A stretch of 63,734 bases of DNA, filler included, from Psammoneis japonica (lineage: Eukaryota), in NCBI GenBank assembly GCA_008632985.1. It is 3 parts of 3 records of this genome, joined end to end, with 100 filler letters (N's around TTAATTAATTAA, not from the genome) between each part and the next. Parts side by side here need not be neighbours in the genome. Positions count along the whole stretch, not along the records: positions 22,468 to 45,046 come from QPGO01000439.1; positions 45,147 to 63,734 come from QPGO01000464.1; 1 more part is not named here. The stretch is one strand, 5' to 3'. Below are positions 37,501 through 49,364 of this stretch, piece after piece. Each line of letters opens with the position of its first letter. The stretch's first letter is position 1. Under the pieces are notes generated by a model. The model did not search any database. It saw only the letters and a program-made list of their open reading frames with translations, and was not told the origin of the DNA. The translations under genes were made by a program, and so were the position numbers.

Positions 37501-40500
37501 TTGTTGTCAGGAAGATGTCACGCCCCTCCCTCCACTGCCATTGACTGCACCAGATTGTCTTCGAATGACCCTGTTGGTGATCCACTGCTCCCCAAATTGT
37601 CTGGACACACAAGATTGTGTGCGTTCAACACCAATGGCTGTTCATTTGATCACCGTGGTGGCGACATTATAATGATTGTGCACAAGTGGCCACAGAAATT
37701 CAAGCTGATGTCACAGGCATCTCTGAGACATGTTCAGACACTGCACAATTCCAAGTTTGGCACAGCTGCACGGCAGCGGCAACAAGAGGCTTGTGTCATG
37801 GCAGAATCACCTGTTTGTCATCAAAGACTCCCTTCTCCACTCCTTGTGAACCAGGTGGCACCGCTGTCACATCTTGCAACTCTCTGTCCGCGAGGTGTTG
37901 AGCACAATGCAAAGATCCATTGGGTTGCTGGTCCATGCAGATCTTTGATGGAAAGCACGGCCAACAGGTCATGTTTGTTTTGTGTTGCAGAGTGTGTTCT
38001 AACTCGTTGTCCATTGCAGGCAAAACAACTGCATGTGCTCAACAAGTGGCGCTTCTCCATCAACAAGGCCAAGCAAATCCAGATCCCCGGTGAGTGTTCT
38101 GCACCGATCTGACACGCATTCTTGAGCACTTTTGAGATGAGCCAAATCGGGAAGTGATTCTGGCAGGCAATTTTAACACAGACTTCCGTGACGATTCCGA
38201 CACTCTCGCATCTGTGGCCCAACGATTCAACATGTCGGACGCCATGCATCACAAGCATGAAGACCTTGATTTTTCTGCCTGTGTGCAAGGCTCCAGATGT
38301 TTGGATTGTGTGCCAGTGACCCCCGGTGCTTTAGCAGCGGTGCGGCACTGTGGATGTGAACCATTCAGCTGTTGCATGTCTTTGGATCACCGTGCCCATT
38401 TCGTGGATTTTGACACAGTTGCCCTGTTCGGCAGTCCGTCAGTTGATTCATCAAGACCAAAGTTCAGTGATCTCCAAGCATTGTCTCCTAAACATGTCAC
38501 CATGTGTCTTGAAGCAATGGATCCCTTGACCACCAGTAGAAACATTCTGGATCGTGCAACAGCCTTGTTTCAATCTGACACTCCTGACCACAGCCTTGCT
38601 GAGCAACTCAACCGTGACATGACCCAATTCTCCCTGGCAGCAGCCAAGCAATGCAAACGTCACAAAGAGCCAGAATGGTCCATCAAACTCACCGATCTTT
38701 GGAAACAAGTTTTTGCATTGTCCCGAATGATGTCAATGTTCCGCAATCGCAAGGATGTGGTGCCTTTGGTTCTTCAAGAGAAATGTAAAATCTCTTCTTC
38801 CTTTCTCCTTCCCACAACAATCCAAGAATGTTCTGCTGCTTTGCGCTGTGCTAGATCCAAGTGCCGACAGATCGCAGAGAGAGCCAGAAACACCGTGATT
38901 CTGAATGAGACACAAAAATTGCAGAACTGGAGCTAGAAGGTGCCAAAGCGTCAAAAGCTCAGGCCAAAATTCTTTGCAATGTGCGATGTGCAGAAGAGAC
39001 CAAGAGAGTCTTTAGAAAGATTAACGCATGCAAGGCCAAGGAGGACTCCAGTGTTAAGACTGTTCAAGTGCCAGTGAATCCTCATGACAACCCAAAGACT
39101 TGCGAGCATTGGATGACAGTGGAAGCTCCGGACGACGTCGAAGCAGCACTTCAGTCCAGGAATCAACGTCATTTTGGCCAGGCCAAAGGTGCACCGCTGA
39201 CTGTCCCGTCCTTGTCAGTGGACCTGGGGTGCAAAGGTGACACCATTGTGGCAGAACTTGTTTTGGACGGAGAATGTGACACCAGTCAGTTGAACCATGC
39301 GACCTTGTCACTTGTCCAGCATCTTCGTCGTCACACACCTCCAACGGTGAACAATTGTCTCTCATCCACCGCATTGCTGTCTAAATTGAAAACGTGGTCA
39401 GAAGCAACGTCCACCTTGCTGAAATCAGGATCACATCTTGGATGTTGGAAGGCATTGTGTGCACCTCATTCACACTCTAAAGCTCAAGACACTCAAGGCA
39501 ATCCGACCCCGAAGAGATCACTCCTTGACCAGGTTCAGCAAATGTCGCTCATGATTCAACTGCATCTCATTAACTGCACATTGAAATGGGGACATTCACA
39601 TGACCGCTGGAAAGACATCATCAATGTGATGACATTCAAAGAGCCAGGCAACAACAAAATGCACCGCCTGCGCGTGATTCACATCTGCAAAGCAGATTTT
39701 CAAATCATCACGAGCACAAAGTGGCGAGAACTGGCACAACACATGGAGCACCACCGGATGTGTGACCCAGGAATTTATGGCTGCCACTCTTTCCTCTCTG
39801 CCCAGACTCCTGTGTTTCTTGAAAACCTGATGCCAGAAATGTCCCGAGCTTCCAGAAAGATGACACTGACAAGCGACGATGATTTCACCTCATGCTTTGA
39901 CAAGAATGTCCCTGCAATCATTGGACTTTGTTCCCGGAGTGACGGAGTGGATTCACATGTGGTCAAAGTTAAAATAGATGCCTTGCATCACGCCAGACAC
40001 TGGCTGCGCACCTTGCTGGGATTGGCCCAGCGGAGTCATTCCCACACGGACGATTCCCCCCTCTGCGGCACCGGTCAAGGCAGCGGCAATTTTCCGTGGC
40101 ACTGGAACACCCTTTGCAGCCATTTGTTCAACATTTTTGATGCCAAAGCAACAGGAGCATGCTTCAAAACTCCTGATGGCTGATTCTTCATCCACGTGCA
40201 CAATCGAGGATGTGCAGACGACACGTCCAAACAAGTCAATGACTTCCGTGCCAGTCTCCTCAACCTTCAACTCTTGACCTGTTGTTCTCATCACAACAGG
40301 ATGATCAACTCTGGTGTGATTTGCTGGACGCAGTGCAGCACAAACTCGAGTCACCCAAGTGCTTCTTTCTCATGTGGTCGAGTGGGATTTCACCAAGTGC
40401 GGCGAGCCATGCATTCGTCCACATCATGAAGACCTTGACACTGAGATCTTCTCCGCCGACTGGCCCACTTCCCGTTCAAGCACACAACTTGTAGCATGCG

Positions 40501-41217
40501 CACTGTGTCACATGTGCACAAAAGGGCAATTGCACATCCAGCCGTTGTTCACACTGGTGACATGCAAGCATGTGTGCCGCAACACCCCCCTTCAAACTGA
40601 TGTCAGGATCTTCACGAAGCACACTGGTTTGCATCACATTCAGAGGTGGATGTTTTCTAGTTGTCAGTGTCAGGTGTGCATGTTTGTGTGTTTTCATTGT
40701 GCATTACAACTGTCAGTGCAATCGCCGGAGAGGTGTCTCCTGTGCCTGTCGGGATGCTTTTATGTGTATTTTGTTCAATTTGTGAACTTGTTTGTGTTGT
40801 TAGTAAGGCTACTCTGTTAGGCGTCTCGTACCCTGTTGGCTTCTCGTACCCTGGTTGGAAGGCATGTTTTGTACGCTCCTCTTGCGCAGACATTTTCTGC
40901 ATGTTAGTTAGGCTGTTATAGGCGTTTGCCCCCCCTGCGTTACCGTGAACTTTTTGCATGAATCAAGGTGTCGAACCTGCGACCACTGTTCTCTGGAGTC
41001 GCCTCAAATCTGTTGAAAGTCGAAGCTGTCCCGTCGCGCTCGTGCGTGCAGGCGCGGTGCGTCTGGTTCCCACGAACGACTCTGGTGAAATGGACATTTT
41101 CGTAGGCTGCAACACATGTCCGTCGAATACATTTAAATTGCCCTTTTCTTCTATATACACATACAATGACAGATGTTGCACATTAATTTTACGGTCACAA
41201 CTCAACGGACAACCGAC

Positions 41218-41792
41218 TTTCAACAAAAAGTTGTTGAAAGTTAGATCTTTCAACAAAAAAGTTGTTGAAAGTTAGATCTTTCAACAAAAAAGTTGTTGAA
41301 AGTTAGAGCTTTCAACAAAAATCTGTTGAAAGTTAGATCTTTCAACAAAAACCTGTTGAAAGTTAGATCTTTCAACAAAAACCTGTTGAAAGTTAGATCT
41401 TTCAACAAAAACCTGTTGAAAGTTAGATCTTTCAACAAAAACCTGTTGAAAGTTAGATCTTTCAACAAAAACCTGTTGAAAGTTAGATCTTTCAACAAAA
41501 ACCTGTTGAAAGTTAGATCTTTCAACAAAAACCTGTTGAAAGTTAGATCTTTCAACAAAAACCTGTTGAAAGTTAGATCTTTCAACAAAAACCTGTTGAA
41601 AGTTAGATCTTTCAACAAAAACCTGTTGAAAGTTAGATCTTTCAACAAAAACCTGTTGAAAGTTAGATCTTTCAACAAAAACCTGTTGAAAGTTAGATCT
41701 TTCAACAAAAACCTGTTGAAAGTTAGATCTTTCAACAAAAACCTGTTGAAAGTTAGATCTTTCAACAAAAACCTGTTGAAAGCAAGCTTTCA
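41218..41792. repeat. 30-bp tandem array (ttcaacaaaaacctgttgaaagttagatct), about 19 units
   Basis: Most units identical. Each contains the inverted pair TTCAACA/TGTTGAA. Confidence 0.97.
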
Positions 41793-43054
41793 ACAGAATT
41801 CTCTTGAAAGTCGGTATTTTCAACAGCTCTTTCATCCTAAGACGGACAACAAGGTTCACCAGGGTGGTTTTGAGATTGTCTGCTTGGCGGCACATGCTGG
41901 GGACTTTTTTGAGAACAAGTGTGAGGCCCAGGTGGTTTCTGACTCTGACATCCTCATGACGGTGCCGTCCGCACCCCACTCGCACCACCACGAATGCGAG
42001 CGCTTTCACCATAACGCAAAGGTGCTGTGTGATGCATGCCACCAGACGGAAACACCGCACAGCAAGCTGACCACCAAACTCCGTGAAGACGAGAAACACG
42101 GTCGTGGATGCTGACATTTCATCTTGCGATTCCCAGCGCCTCTCAAGCTTACTGGCCGTTACCACTCCAAAGAGGATGGCTGTCTCAAGCCACATTGGGT
42201 GCCAGTGGAGGGTGAACCGTTTGTCCATAAGGAGGAGACACGTGTCAGGGTCACTGACAACATTGTTTTTGGGGTTGCAATCCAGTCGGGTGACACAAAA
42301 GTCAAAGATCGTGACGAGAACAGCTGGAGCCATGCATGCCTTGCCAACACCACCAAGAGCGGCTTGAAGTTGGCCTAGCAGTTCAGTGCTGGTTCAGGTT
42401 TTAGCAGTTTAACAATTTATGGTGCTGGTTTCAAAGTTTGTGGAGGCAGTTTCAGAGTGCACAATGGCAGTTTCAGAACATTCGTCAGCAGCAGTTTCAG
42501 AATTCTTCATTTCTTGAAATTAGTTGTCCCCAGCAGTGGAGCACCTTCGATGGCTCCAAGTGAGCTGCCTTCTGATGCGCCGGTGCACCAATCAAAGCTG
42601 AACCGCGCAGTGAACCACCTTCCAGTTCCGAGTCTGAGTCCCAACATGCTGCATCTTGCGCACCACGTGTGGCACCAACCTGCATCCTTCGTGCACGCTT
42701 TTCCAAATTCGAAATTGCTTCGAGGTTTCAAACAAAACAGAAATCCACAATTCTCAATGACACACAATGGGACCAACCCAGTGGGATGCATTGTGCATTT
42801 TTTCCCAATTGTGAAAAAAGAAACGGGGAATGCGGTTTAAGCGTCATTGAGACATCACGCCGTAAAGTGGGACACCGTCGGCTCGCTTCATTGTGTTGGC
42901 TGCTGCGCAAAGTTCCAAAGTGGGAATTCCACTGCCGATGCTGCAGTGGGGCCCCACTGCAGAGGGCCCCTGTGTCGGCAATGTGTTTCGTGGATGTCTT
43001 AGATGACGTCGCTTGTCCAATCAGATTTTCGTGCCGCCGTTGTGAATTGTTGAT

Positions 43055-43222
43055 TGAAAGTTGTTGAAAGTTACGTCTTTCAACAAAAAGTTGTTGAAAG
43101 TTGCGTCTTTCAACAAAAAGTTGTTGAAAGTTGCGTCTTTCAACAAAAAAGTGTTGAAAGTTAACGACTTTCAACAAAAAGTTGTTGAAAGTTGACGACT
43201 TTCAACAAAAAGTTGTTGAAAG
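43055..43222. repeat. Related 30-bp array, about 5 units, at the other end of the TIR element
   Basis: gttgttgaaagttgcgtctttcaacaaaaa variants. Confidence 0.9.
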
Positions 43223-45046
43223 TTATTTGGCGATAAACGCTGCAATGACTTTCTTGTTATCGAAAACTAAAAAATTGTGTGAGAGAACCCATCCGTTTCT
43301 CGATTGCAATTGTTCATCGCGTGTGTGTGTTGTGGGCAATAGACTGAATTTTGTGCAGTCCAATTCGCTGACTGTGTCGTTGTGCGGACATTGCAAAATG
43401 TCACAAAATTATACAAGAATGAAGCATTTCAATTTGAGTCGTAGTTTCAACAATTTTGAGGCGACTCCCTGGGCTCGGGGCTGTGCCACAGAGGCAAGCG
43501 AATCAATGCTCATAACCTGTCATGTGCACACAAAAGGGCGATTGCACATCCAACCGTTGTTCACACTGGTGACATGCAAGCACATGTGCCACAACACACT
43601 GCACAAAACTCTTGGACACTGCATGGCTCCAATCGGTTCCCAGAAGACCCAATTGAAGAAACTCCAACACAAGAGTGATGCTGCGGCCCTCTTCCTTAGA
43701 TCCTGTCACTTCAATCACATTGAAACATGGAGATGCCACCACGCTTGCTGCCTTTCTTCGATGACTTGCATTTTTCCAAACTCAACCTTCCTTCCCAAAG
43801 AGTTGCTTGCAGTTCAACAGAAAGCCATGGGAATTATTTTTGCCAAATGTGGGTGCAATCAAAGTGCAAAAAGATTCATCTTGTGCGGTCCCCAAGCCCT
43901 GGGAGGCAGAGGTTTTCGATCATTGGATGCAGAGCAAGGCGTTGCTCAACTGCAAATGTCACTGAAGCATTCCAGAGGAGTCACCAAATTAAATCTGGGA
44001 GAGGATCAACCACACAAACTGCTGCACATTGCAGTGTCATGGATCCAACTGAACTCAGAAACGGAGAAAGCTTTCTGTGGGATGCAGGTGCAGAACTCCC
44101 GCATGTGGAATCTTGTTGGTTTGCCTCCGTTCATGTTTTTCTCCACACAGAATTCAAGGAAAAGCACATTTGACTCATTCCGGCATTTTTCCCTTCAACG
44201 TGATGACAATCAGTGCATCATGGACATTGTGCTCCAGTCCCAACTCTTCTCTCACAGAGAAGTCAGATGGATGAATTGCTGTCGACTGCATGTTCAGTGT
44301 TGTCAGTGTCTGACATTGCTCTTGCAGATGGCTTGACATTGGAGGCTACGAAAACAGCAGGAGACCCGTTGCTTCAGAGCAACTCCAGCTCCTTGAACAA
44401 CGTTGAACAGCAAAAACCAGGAACAAGAGCCTGGACCACGTGGCGCAAGTTCTGTGCCTCTCTGTGTCGTTCGGCATCACACACTCTCAAGGAACCTCTT
44501 GGCAATTGGTCAGTGCCTCCATCTCAGATGTGCATGCAAGCCTCAGCACACTTCTCTCCTTCTGAAGAGCAACTGTGTGTTAGATCAACCAACGGATGTC
44601 AAATTTTTCAAGTGAATGGCATGAGGACCAACTCTGTCACAGAGTTGGAGACAGTTCCGGCCCCGTCTGAAGAGTCTTTTCCGGCAGAACTGTCAACAAC
44701 AGAAGATGGTTGATGGGCATTTGCTCCCACACTTCATCATCAGACTTCCTGAGCTCCAGGATCCCAGACATGTTCCAAGACAAACTGCACTTGCTGGGCC
44801 AGTGGAAAGAGAAGTTGTTTGACCAACTGGACTTTCACTCACCACCGCAAATGCCAATCCAATGTTTTGTGTCATCAAAGTTAACAGCTGGCAGTGATGG
44901 ATCCATCAAAGATGGAGCTGCCTTTGGGTAGACAATCACCCTGGACGGTGCACCACTGGTGGATTGTGCAGGACCAGTCTTTGGCAGAAGACCGTCATCA
45001 TGCCGGGCAGAGGCTTGTGGCATTTTGTCCCTCCTTCAATTCATTT

Positions 45047-45146
45047 NNNNNNNNNNNNNNNNNNNNNNNNNNNNNNNNNNNNNNNNNNNNTTAATTAATT
45101 AANNNNNNNNNNNNNNNNNNNNNNNNNNNNNNNNNNNNNNNNNNNN
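45047..45146. other. Assembly join with TTAATTAATTAA linker (45091-45102)
   Basis: Same construct as at 22412. Confidence 0.95.
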
Positions 45147-45816
45147 GTCGAGGAAAACCAAACTAAAGAGGAGGATCCGCATGCAAAGTATCTTGGTAAC
45201 TCACAGCCACTCGTCGCTAGTACAATTAAGGAGACGCTTGAAGATGTTCTATTTGCCATCCGAGAAATCTTGCTGTGTTGTGTTGGACACAATCGAAGCC
45301 GAGTCTCGATTGAAAATGGTTGCTGTCTTTGCTGTCCGAGATCCGAAAAAAATGTCTGTAGTAGTCTTTCTATAATTGGTGGTCTCTTATTACGGTGCTC
45401 TCTCCAGCGACGTAGACGCTTCACCTGATGGAGCTTTGCCGTCAAGGATACTATACGAAAACTAGAAATGCCGCTCACTCAAAGCGCCCAGCAAACGGCT
45501 TCATCAAAAGCAGCAAAGCTAAGGCCGTGTTTGAAAATAATTCTTACTGATGACATTTAGCGATTCCGGTAGAAAACACGTACTATGTATATAGAAAACC
45601 TAATGATAGAATTCATCATGTGGAAAGGTGACAAGGAACGTGACAGTTTCCTCCTTTCGCAGTTATGCCTGTGGAAAACAAAATCCAACTCATTGTACGA
45701 GCATCGATCTACCACGTGCACAGGCACGGATCGTTATGAATTCACCGAAAGACTGAACGAGAATGAATTCTTTCTTCAGGCAGCATTCCCTTCTTGGATT
45801 CTATTTTGCAAATAAA

Positions 45817-48659
45817 TTAGGAATGAAAGACACGACTTCGCATTTTACCACCTTTACCACCCTTGCTGGATGTAGAAGACGTAGGCTTTGCGATGCTTGA
45901 AGAGAAGCCGGATTTTGCATTTCCTCCCTTGCTCTTGGCGGAGGAATAAGCAGCAGATCCTGAAGACGGTTTTGGTTTTAATCCATTCTTTCCGCCCTTG
46001 CCCTTGGAGGAGGAACCGGAGGATCCCTTCTTTCCTCCCTTACTTTTCGAAGAAGAGCCGGAGGATCCCTTCTTTCCTCCCTTACTTTTCGAAGAGGAGC
46101 TCGAGGATCCCTTCTTTCCTCCCTTACCCTTGGAGGAGGACGATTCCTTCTTTCCGCCCTTGCTCCTGGAGGAGGACGAACCCTTCTTTCCGCCCTTGCT
46201 CTTGGAGGAGGACGAACCTTCTTTCCGCCTTTACTCTTCGAGGAGGACGAACCCTTCTTTCCGCCCTTTGATCTGCCCTTGCTCTTCAAGGAGGATGAAC
46301 TTTTCTTTCCTCCCTTGCTCTTTGAGGATGATCCTCCCTTACTTCCCTTGCCTGGTGGCTTCGGCGAAGGTACAGGCGGCTTTGTAGGCTTAGGTGTCGG
46401 AGCAGGAGTCGGCTCAGGTGATGGTTCAGGCGTCGGCTCAGGTGTCGGAGAAGGAGTGGGCTCAGGTGTCGGAGCTGGTGATGCCGGTGGCTTTGGTGAC
46501 GGAGCTGATCCGCCCTTGCTCTTCGACGATCCGCCCTTGCTTGGAGGTTTAGGTGAAGGTGCAGGCGTTGGGACTGGTGTCGGAGCTGGTGTTGCTGGTG
46601 GCTTCGTCGACGGCGCAGGAGTCGGAGCAGGAGTGGGCTCAGGCGTTGGAGCAGGAGTGGGCTCAGGCGTCGGAGCAGGAGTGGGATTAGGTGTCGGAGC
46701 AGGTGTTGCTGGTGGCTTTGGCGACGGCGCTGGAGGCTTTGGCGAAGGGGACGGAGGCTTCGGAGCTGGTGACGGGGGCTTTGGAGACGGTGACGGGGGC
46801 TTAGGCGTCGAATCAGGTGTTGGCGAAGGCGTTGGAGAAGAAGTAGGAACAGACGTCGGGGCAGATGTTGGCGCAGGCGTGGGGGCTTTTGATGGCTCTG
46901 GTGATGGCTTAATTGTTGGAGCTTGTGTAGCAGGTGGCTTCGGCGAAGGCGACGGGGGCTTTGGAGACGGTGACGGTGGCTTCGGCGAAGGCGACGGCGG
47001 CTTCGGAGACGGTGACGGTGGTTTTGGTGAAGGTGATGGGGGCTTGGGCGGACAAGGACCCGGTGATGGCGGCTTTGGCGAAGGGGACGGGGGCTTTGGC
47101 GACGGTGATGGCGGTCTTGGTGCTTTCGTTGGAGCGTCAGTGGCCGGGGTGGTGGCTCCACAGAAGGTGCCAGAGTTTCCGGAGGCGGTGCAAAGGCGAT
47201 GGAGGTTTCGGCGAGGGCGACGGGGGCTTAGGCGAAGGAGATGGTGGCCTTGGGTACTTTGTTGGAGAAAGAGTTGCCGGAGGAGGTGGTGAAGGTGATG
47301 GAGGTTTTGGCGAAGGAGACGGTGGCATTGGGTACTTTGTTGGAGCATGAGTTGCCGGTGGCTTCGGAGAGGGCGACGGGGGCTTGGGCGAAGGTGACGG
47401 GGGCTTTGGGTACTTTGTTGGAGCCGCAGTTGCAGGAGGTTCTGGTTTTGCAGTGGGAGCTACCGGAGGCTTTGGAGAAGGTGACGGAGGCTTTGGGGAA
47501 GGCTTGGGATATTTTGTTGGCGGAAACGTCGGCGCTTTCGTTGGGGGTTTTGACGGAGAGTAATCGGTTCAGGAGGCGTAGTTGGAGATGCCGTTGGCGA
47601 CACGGTTGGCTCCAGAGTAGGAACAACAGTCGGTACAATGGTAATAACTTTATCTGGTGCCGACGGGGCGGGTGTGGGGGGCGGTGACGGCTGCCTCGTC
47701 GGACTGATTGTAATAACCTGTTCTGGTGCCGACGGCGCAGGAGTCGGAGGTGGGGTAGGTGTTGGCGTCGGAGGCGGCGACGGTTGCCTCGTCGGACTGC
47801 TGGTAATGACCTGATCTGGTGCCGACGGCGCAGGAGTCGGAGGTGGTGTAGGTGTGGGCGTCGGGGGCGGCGACGGTTGCCTCGTCGGACTGCTTGTAAT
47901 AACCTGATCTGGTGCCGACGGCGCAGGAGTCGGAGGTGGAGTAGGTGTTGGCGTCGGAGGCGGCGACGGTTGCCTCGTCGGACTGCTTGTAATAACCTGA
48001 TCTGGTGCCGACGGCGCAGGAGTCGGAGGTGGAGTAGGTGTGGGCGTCGGAGGCGGCACTTGATCGGTTGGTGACACTGTTGGGACTACGGTAATAACTG
48101 GATCTGGCGCCGACGGCGCGGGTGTCGGAGGCGGAGTCGGTGCGGATGTCAGAGGCGGAGTCGGACGGGGAGTAGGAGGCGGCGTCGGACTGGGTGTAGG
48201 AGGCGGCGTCGGATTGGATGTAGGGGATATGGTAATAACTGGATCTGGCGCCGACGGTGCGGGTGTCGGAGGTGGCGTTGGGGACGTAGACGGTGATGGC
48301 GTCTGGACTGTGGGCTCAGGACTCGGCGGTGGTGTTGGCGATGTAGTCGGGCTGAGTGTCGGGGAAGGTGTTGGCACAGGCGTGGGTGAAGGAGTAGGAC
48401 CAGCTGTAGGCGACAGAGTCTTAACCGGTTCAGGCGTAGTTGGAGAGGGAGTTGGCCACCTGAAGACAAGGCCGGGGGATTTCGTCGGCGCACAGGTTGT
48501 GGTGTCAATCAGGAGCTCTCTATCTCCCTTACGGAGATGAAATCCTTTTGGGCTTCTTAGAACCTCAAACGCACGACGAAGGATTTTACTGTAGAAGTGT
48601 TCATATGCTGCCGCCTGCGGTGCTACATAAATTAGGAACAGCACAGTTGCAATCCGCAT
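45817..48659 (-). CDS. Secreted Pro/Thr- and Lys/Ser-rich repetitive protein (silaffin/cell-wall-like), paralogue 1; apparent frameshifts in the repeats
   Basis: Signal peptide [21 protein letters not shown] motif, PTPPPTP and KPPSPSP repeats, [10 protein letters not shown] tail ending [16 protein letters not shown] (TAA 45817-45819). Normal TA content. Confidence 0.78.
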
Positions 48660-49364
48660 CGTTTCTTTCACAAGTTACTATCACAAGGCTCGACGAAGAG
48701 GATCTTATCACGTTGTGCGATTGGGTCACAGAGCTTTTGCGTGGATAGTTTGAGTGTTTGTGATCTTTACCAATCCCGAGATATGGAACGCTGATTTGCG
48801 CCGCCCCATCAGGTTCACGTAGGCGTGAAACGAAGTGAGTTCTTTGGCTGGCAAAAAATGTGAGCGGGTCTTGTTGCCGATTTTCAGATGGCAAAATGTG
48901 GTTTGTGTCGTGGAAAATAAATTTATGTTTGTATTCAGAACTAACGTTCCCAATTTCAGGGTACTGTCAATCCTCTTTTATNNNNNNNNNNNNNNNNNNN
49001 NNNNNNNNNNNNNNNNNNNNNNNNNNNNNNNNNNNNNNNNNNNNNNNNNNNNNNNNNNNNNNNNNNNNNNNNNNNNNNNNNNNNNNNNNNNNNNNNNNNN
49101 NNNNNNNNNNNNNNNNNNNNNNNNNNNNNNNNNNNNNNNNNNNNNNNNNNNNNNNNNNNNNNNNNNNNNNNNNNNNNNNNNNNNNNNNNNNNNNNNNNNN
49201 NATGCCCGTGGGCAACAAAATCCAACGTACGCGCATCGAATCTACCACGGTCAGTACGAGTTGAGCTCAAGAAAAAACTCTGACTCGTTAGATTTCATTG
49301 AAAGACTGAAACGAGATTTTTTTTCAAACAGCATTCGCTACTTGGATTCTCTTGTTCAAATCAT

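Larger units (their letters stand above)
40995..43468. mobile_element. Non-autonomous TIR DNA element with subterminal hairpin arrays, nested in the TRIM
   Basis: ggagtcgcctcaaatctgttgaaa / tttcaacaattttgaggcgactcc. TSD is either ct/ct or tctg/cctg depending on the terminus. Degenerate coding remnant at ~41830-42378. Confidence 0.8.
40506..43596 (-). mobile_element. TRIM-like non-autonomous LTR element with 79-bp LTRs (40506-40584, 43518-43596)
   Basis: LTRs TG...CA. TSD cactg at 40501-40505 and 43597-43601. PBS ggttatgagc (minus strand, 43508-43517). PPT gaagggggg (minus strand) abutting 40584. About 0.6 kb without the nested element. Confidence 0.92.
35670..45046 (+). mobile_element. Degenerate non-LTR retrotransposon (Ambal-like: ORF1, APE endonuclease, RT, RNase H), split by a nested insertion at 40506-43596
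   Basis: ORF1 from MTNPLLP. APE motifs AFNTNG, GISET, ILAGNFN, SLDHRA. RT motifs RLRVIHI, DFTSCFDK, GTGQGSG, GCADDT. Resumes at ~43602 with HKTLGH. RNase H-like AGSDGS and SSCRAEACG occur before the gap. Confidence 0.88.

Noticed and set aside
41218..41792. CRISPR-like palindromic 30-bp repeats
   Set aside because: The units are contiguous with no unique spacers, there are no cas genes, and the context is a eukaryotic transposon.
1..45046. Alternative genetic code or classical RIP as the cause
   Set aside because: Host genes use the standard code with normal Tyr and stops. RIP would raise TA, and non-coding MITEs and LTRs are affected too.
45148..45480. Possible gene fragment after the linker
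   Set aside because: Normal composition, but short, gap-truncated and without a recognisable motif.
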